Assembly: GCA_039794085.1 (NCBI GenBank)
Contig: JBDIWC010000092.1
Location: forward strand, 1-10,150
Direction: 5' to 3'
Origin: Gemmatimonadales bacterium
GTDB lineage: Bacteria > Gemmatimonadota > Gemmatimonadetes > Gemmatimonadales > GWC2-71-9
DNA: 10,150 bases
The position numbers and the translations under genes were made by a program. The notes beneath the pieces are model-generated. The model was not told where the DNA came from. It did no database searches and worked only from the letters and a program-made list of their open reading frames with translations. How positions within the stretch are numbered: the stretch's first letter is position 1; each line of letters opens with the position of its first letter. Positions 8,549-10,150 of this stretch are shown piece by piece.

Positions 8549-8751
8549 TCTTCGATCTTGATCGGGCAGTCATCGAAGCACGCATCATCGATGGTGCAGC
8601 ACTTGGCACCAGTACACTGACCACCACTGGGGGTGGAACAGGCGAAGGACGCCGCGACCGGCGCAGTCGCCTGCCCGGCATCGAACGCCAGAACAAGTCC
8701 AGCCATCGCGATCACGATGATCGCACTCAGGTTGAGAAGGTTTCCTCTCAT
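8545..8751 (-). CDS. Small secreted cysteine-rich peptide, 68 aa (signal peptide + C-X7-C-X4-CC-X5-C-X3-C)
   Basis: AAGGAG RBS (8765-8760) 8 nt before ATG 8751. Sec-type N-terminus MRGNLLNLSAIIVIAMAGLVLA. All six Cys lie in the C-terminal half. The stop overlaps the next gene's start. Confidence 0.88.
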   Translation of the reverse strand: MRGNLLNLSAIIVIAMAGLVLAFDAGQATAPVAASFACSTPSGGQCTGAKCCTIDDACFDDCPIKIEE

Positions 8752-9136
8752 TGTTGTGACTCCTTTGCGATTGGGGTGTTATTGACCGTCTTCTGTACCG
8801 ACAGGGCCGGGGCGCCGATGCCATGCCCCCCTCCACGTTATCGGCCTTCCAGTTCCTGATCAACATCACCACCCGTCAGATTTGTCCAGAAACGGTACTT
8901 TCAGGAATAGGAGTGCGAGTTTTGTACAATGGATACTCGAAATCGTCACGCACCGCTGAAGCTGGGGGCATTGGGAACGCTATTGCGGAGCTGTCCCAAA
9001 GTCAGGGGCGGGAATAGTACATGGGATTGACTCGACGCCTCGATGGCTTTCATGTTGCGCAGGATGAGCGACGGGAATTGTCACCGGATAGCCGCCAATT
9101 CTCAATCAGCGGGAACAGCGTCGAAGGAGGAGAAAC
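8752..9136. promoter_or_regulatory. Divergent promoter region between the peptide operon and the regulator
   Basis: 385-bp lower-GC gap with strong RBSs at both ends (AAGGAG on -, AAGGAGG at 9124-9130 on +). Candidate -35 TTGACT at 9027-9032 with a weak -10 CATGTT at 9051-9056. Confidence 0.55.
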
Positions 9137-9889
9137 GTGAATGATCCCCGCATTCTCTGTCCGCTGGACGGAGCGTTGCCCCACGGCATCGACGCCCGGC
9201 GGATTCCGCTCGGCTCGGTCTCGGTTGTCCGGGTGGCCGAGGAGAGGTGCTTCCCCGCCCTGGCCGAGCACGTCACCACTCTCGCTCCCTGGCTCCCGCT
9301 CGTGGCGCTGGCCCCGGACAACCTGGTGCCGGGCCTGACCGCATTTCTCGAAGCGATGGACCAGGCCAGAGCGACCCAGTCCCTGGTCCTGGCCCACTTC
9401 GCCCCTGTCCTTCCGGAATCCGAAGTCATCTTCCGTAGCATCAACTCCCGACCCGCCGTTTCCTCCCGCCTCCTTGCCCGGTGGCTGGGCACCCGGTTGG
9501 AACGTCCCGAACTCGTCGACCCTATCGAGGCAGCAATGGCCACCGATGGAGAAGTTGGACGCGTCGCCTTTGCCCATGCCCACCGGACCCTCCAGAGGCG
9601 ACTGGGAAAGGCCCTGGATGTCCACCCGTCGGACCTCAAGCGCCTGGCCCGGGTCGCCACCCTCGAACGCATGTTCCCCAGTGTGGGGCGATTGGCCGCC
9701 GGAGCGGGGACCACCGCCGCCTCCCTCCGCCGGATCGTCACGCCGCTGCTCCGCGTGAGTCTCTCGACCTACAACGAGCGCCCTGGATGGGAATGGGTGC
9801 TGGAAGCCGCCTGCCGCCAGGGGCTGGGGGCTGGGGGCTGGGGGCTGGGGGCTGGGGGCTGGGGGCTGGACGAAGATAGCGAATTGTGA
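9137..9889 (+). CDS. Putative transcriptional regulator with divergent AraC-like tandem helix-turn-helix C-terminus, 250 aa
   Basis: AAGGAGG RBS then GTG 9137. HRTLQRRLGKALDVHPSDLKRLARV and SVGRLAAGAGTTAASLRRIV resemble the two AraC HTHs. The family call is by eye only. The last ~22 residues derive from or follow the heptamer repeat. Confidence 0.6.
   Translation: MNDPRILCPLDGALPHGIDARRIPLGSVSVVRVAEERCFPALAEHVTTLAPWLPLVALAPDNLVPGLTAFLEAMDQARATQSLVLAHFAPVLPESEVIFRSINSRPAVSSRLLARWLGTRLERPELVDPIEAAMATDGEVGRVAFAHAHRTLQRRLGKALDVHPSDLKRLARVATLERMFPSVGRLAAGAGTTAASLRRIVTPLLRVSLSTYNERPGWEWVLEAACRQGLGAGGWGLGAGGWGLDEDSEL
9820..9868 (+). repeat. Perfect heptamer tandem repeat (GGGGCTG)7
   Basis: Seven exact copies counted. 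They encode GLGAGGWGLGAGGWGL in the regulator frame. Confidence 0.95.
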
Positions 9890-10023
9890 CAGGGAGTAAG
9901 GTGGTGCGACGACACCCGGTTGGGGTCTCGACAGATCCTGCCACAGACGACAGGAAGTACACCGGTCACGTCCTCAGATCCCTCGCCTGCGGCTCGGGAT
10001 GACCCCCAGGGAAATCGTCTATT

Positions 10024-10039
10024 GGAAGCTCTGAATAAA
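10024..10039 (+). mobile_element. Possible IS5-subgroup terminal inverted repeat, with the element extending to the right
   Basis: GGAAGCTCTGAATAAA resembles the IS5 end GGAAGGTGCGAATAAG as recalled from memory (12/16). No transposase or partner repeat is in the window. Confidence 0.3.
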
Positions 10040-10150
10040 GCCGTTTCGTGAGCGCCGTCGTGATTGGAATCGCGTGACCGGGCGAAACCCACGAAAAACA
10101 GAGCGTTTCCGGCTCCCACCGGCGGTTGTCAGCCTCCTTCTCACGCCCGA

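Noticed and set aside
8545..8751. Assignment to SCIFF/ranthipeptide, lanthipeptide, bufferin or metallothionein classes
   Set aside because: No radical SAM, Lan or DUF692 enzyme is nearby. The Sec-type signal and adjacent DsbA point to disulfides rather than thioethers or cytoplasmic metal-thiolates.
6532..8859. Plus-strand ORFs over the islet (e.g. 6940-7578, 7040-8011, 8066-8530, 8527-8859)
   Set aside because: They lie antisense to the motif-bearing DsbA, propeller and peptide genes and have no recognisable domains.

Overview
GC-rich bacterial window; gene content and style suggest a Gemmatimonadota-like organism, which is an inference. Positions ~600-6525 hold ordinary genes: a VWA/MIDAS protein, a secreted M28 peptidase, an M48 lipoprotein peptidase (- strand) and a ThrE-family exporter, with palindromic REP-like repeats in the intergenic spaces. 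From ~6530 to ~9130 GC drops, and a tightly coupled three-gene operon lies on the - strand: a 68-aa Sec-exported peptide with a C-C-CC-C-C six-cysteine framework, an NHL-type beta-propeller protein and a DsbA-family CPFC oxidoreductase. A divergent, degenerate AraC-like regulator ending in a (GGGGCTG)7 tract faces this operon. The peptide/propeller/DsbA/regulator module is the best candidate for an undescribed system, possibly a bacterial disulfide-rich knottin-like peptide with its own folding catalyst and binding partner. A possible IS5-like end lies near the right edge.
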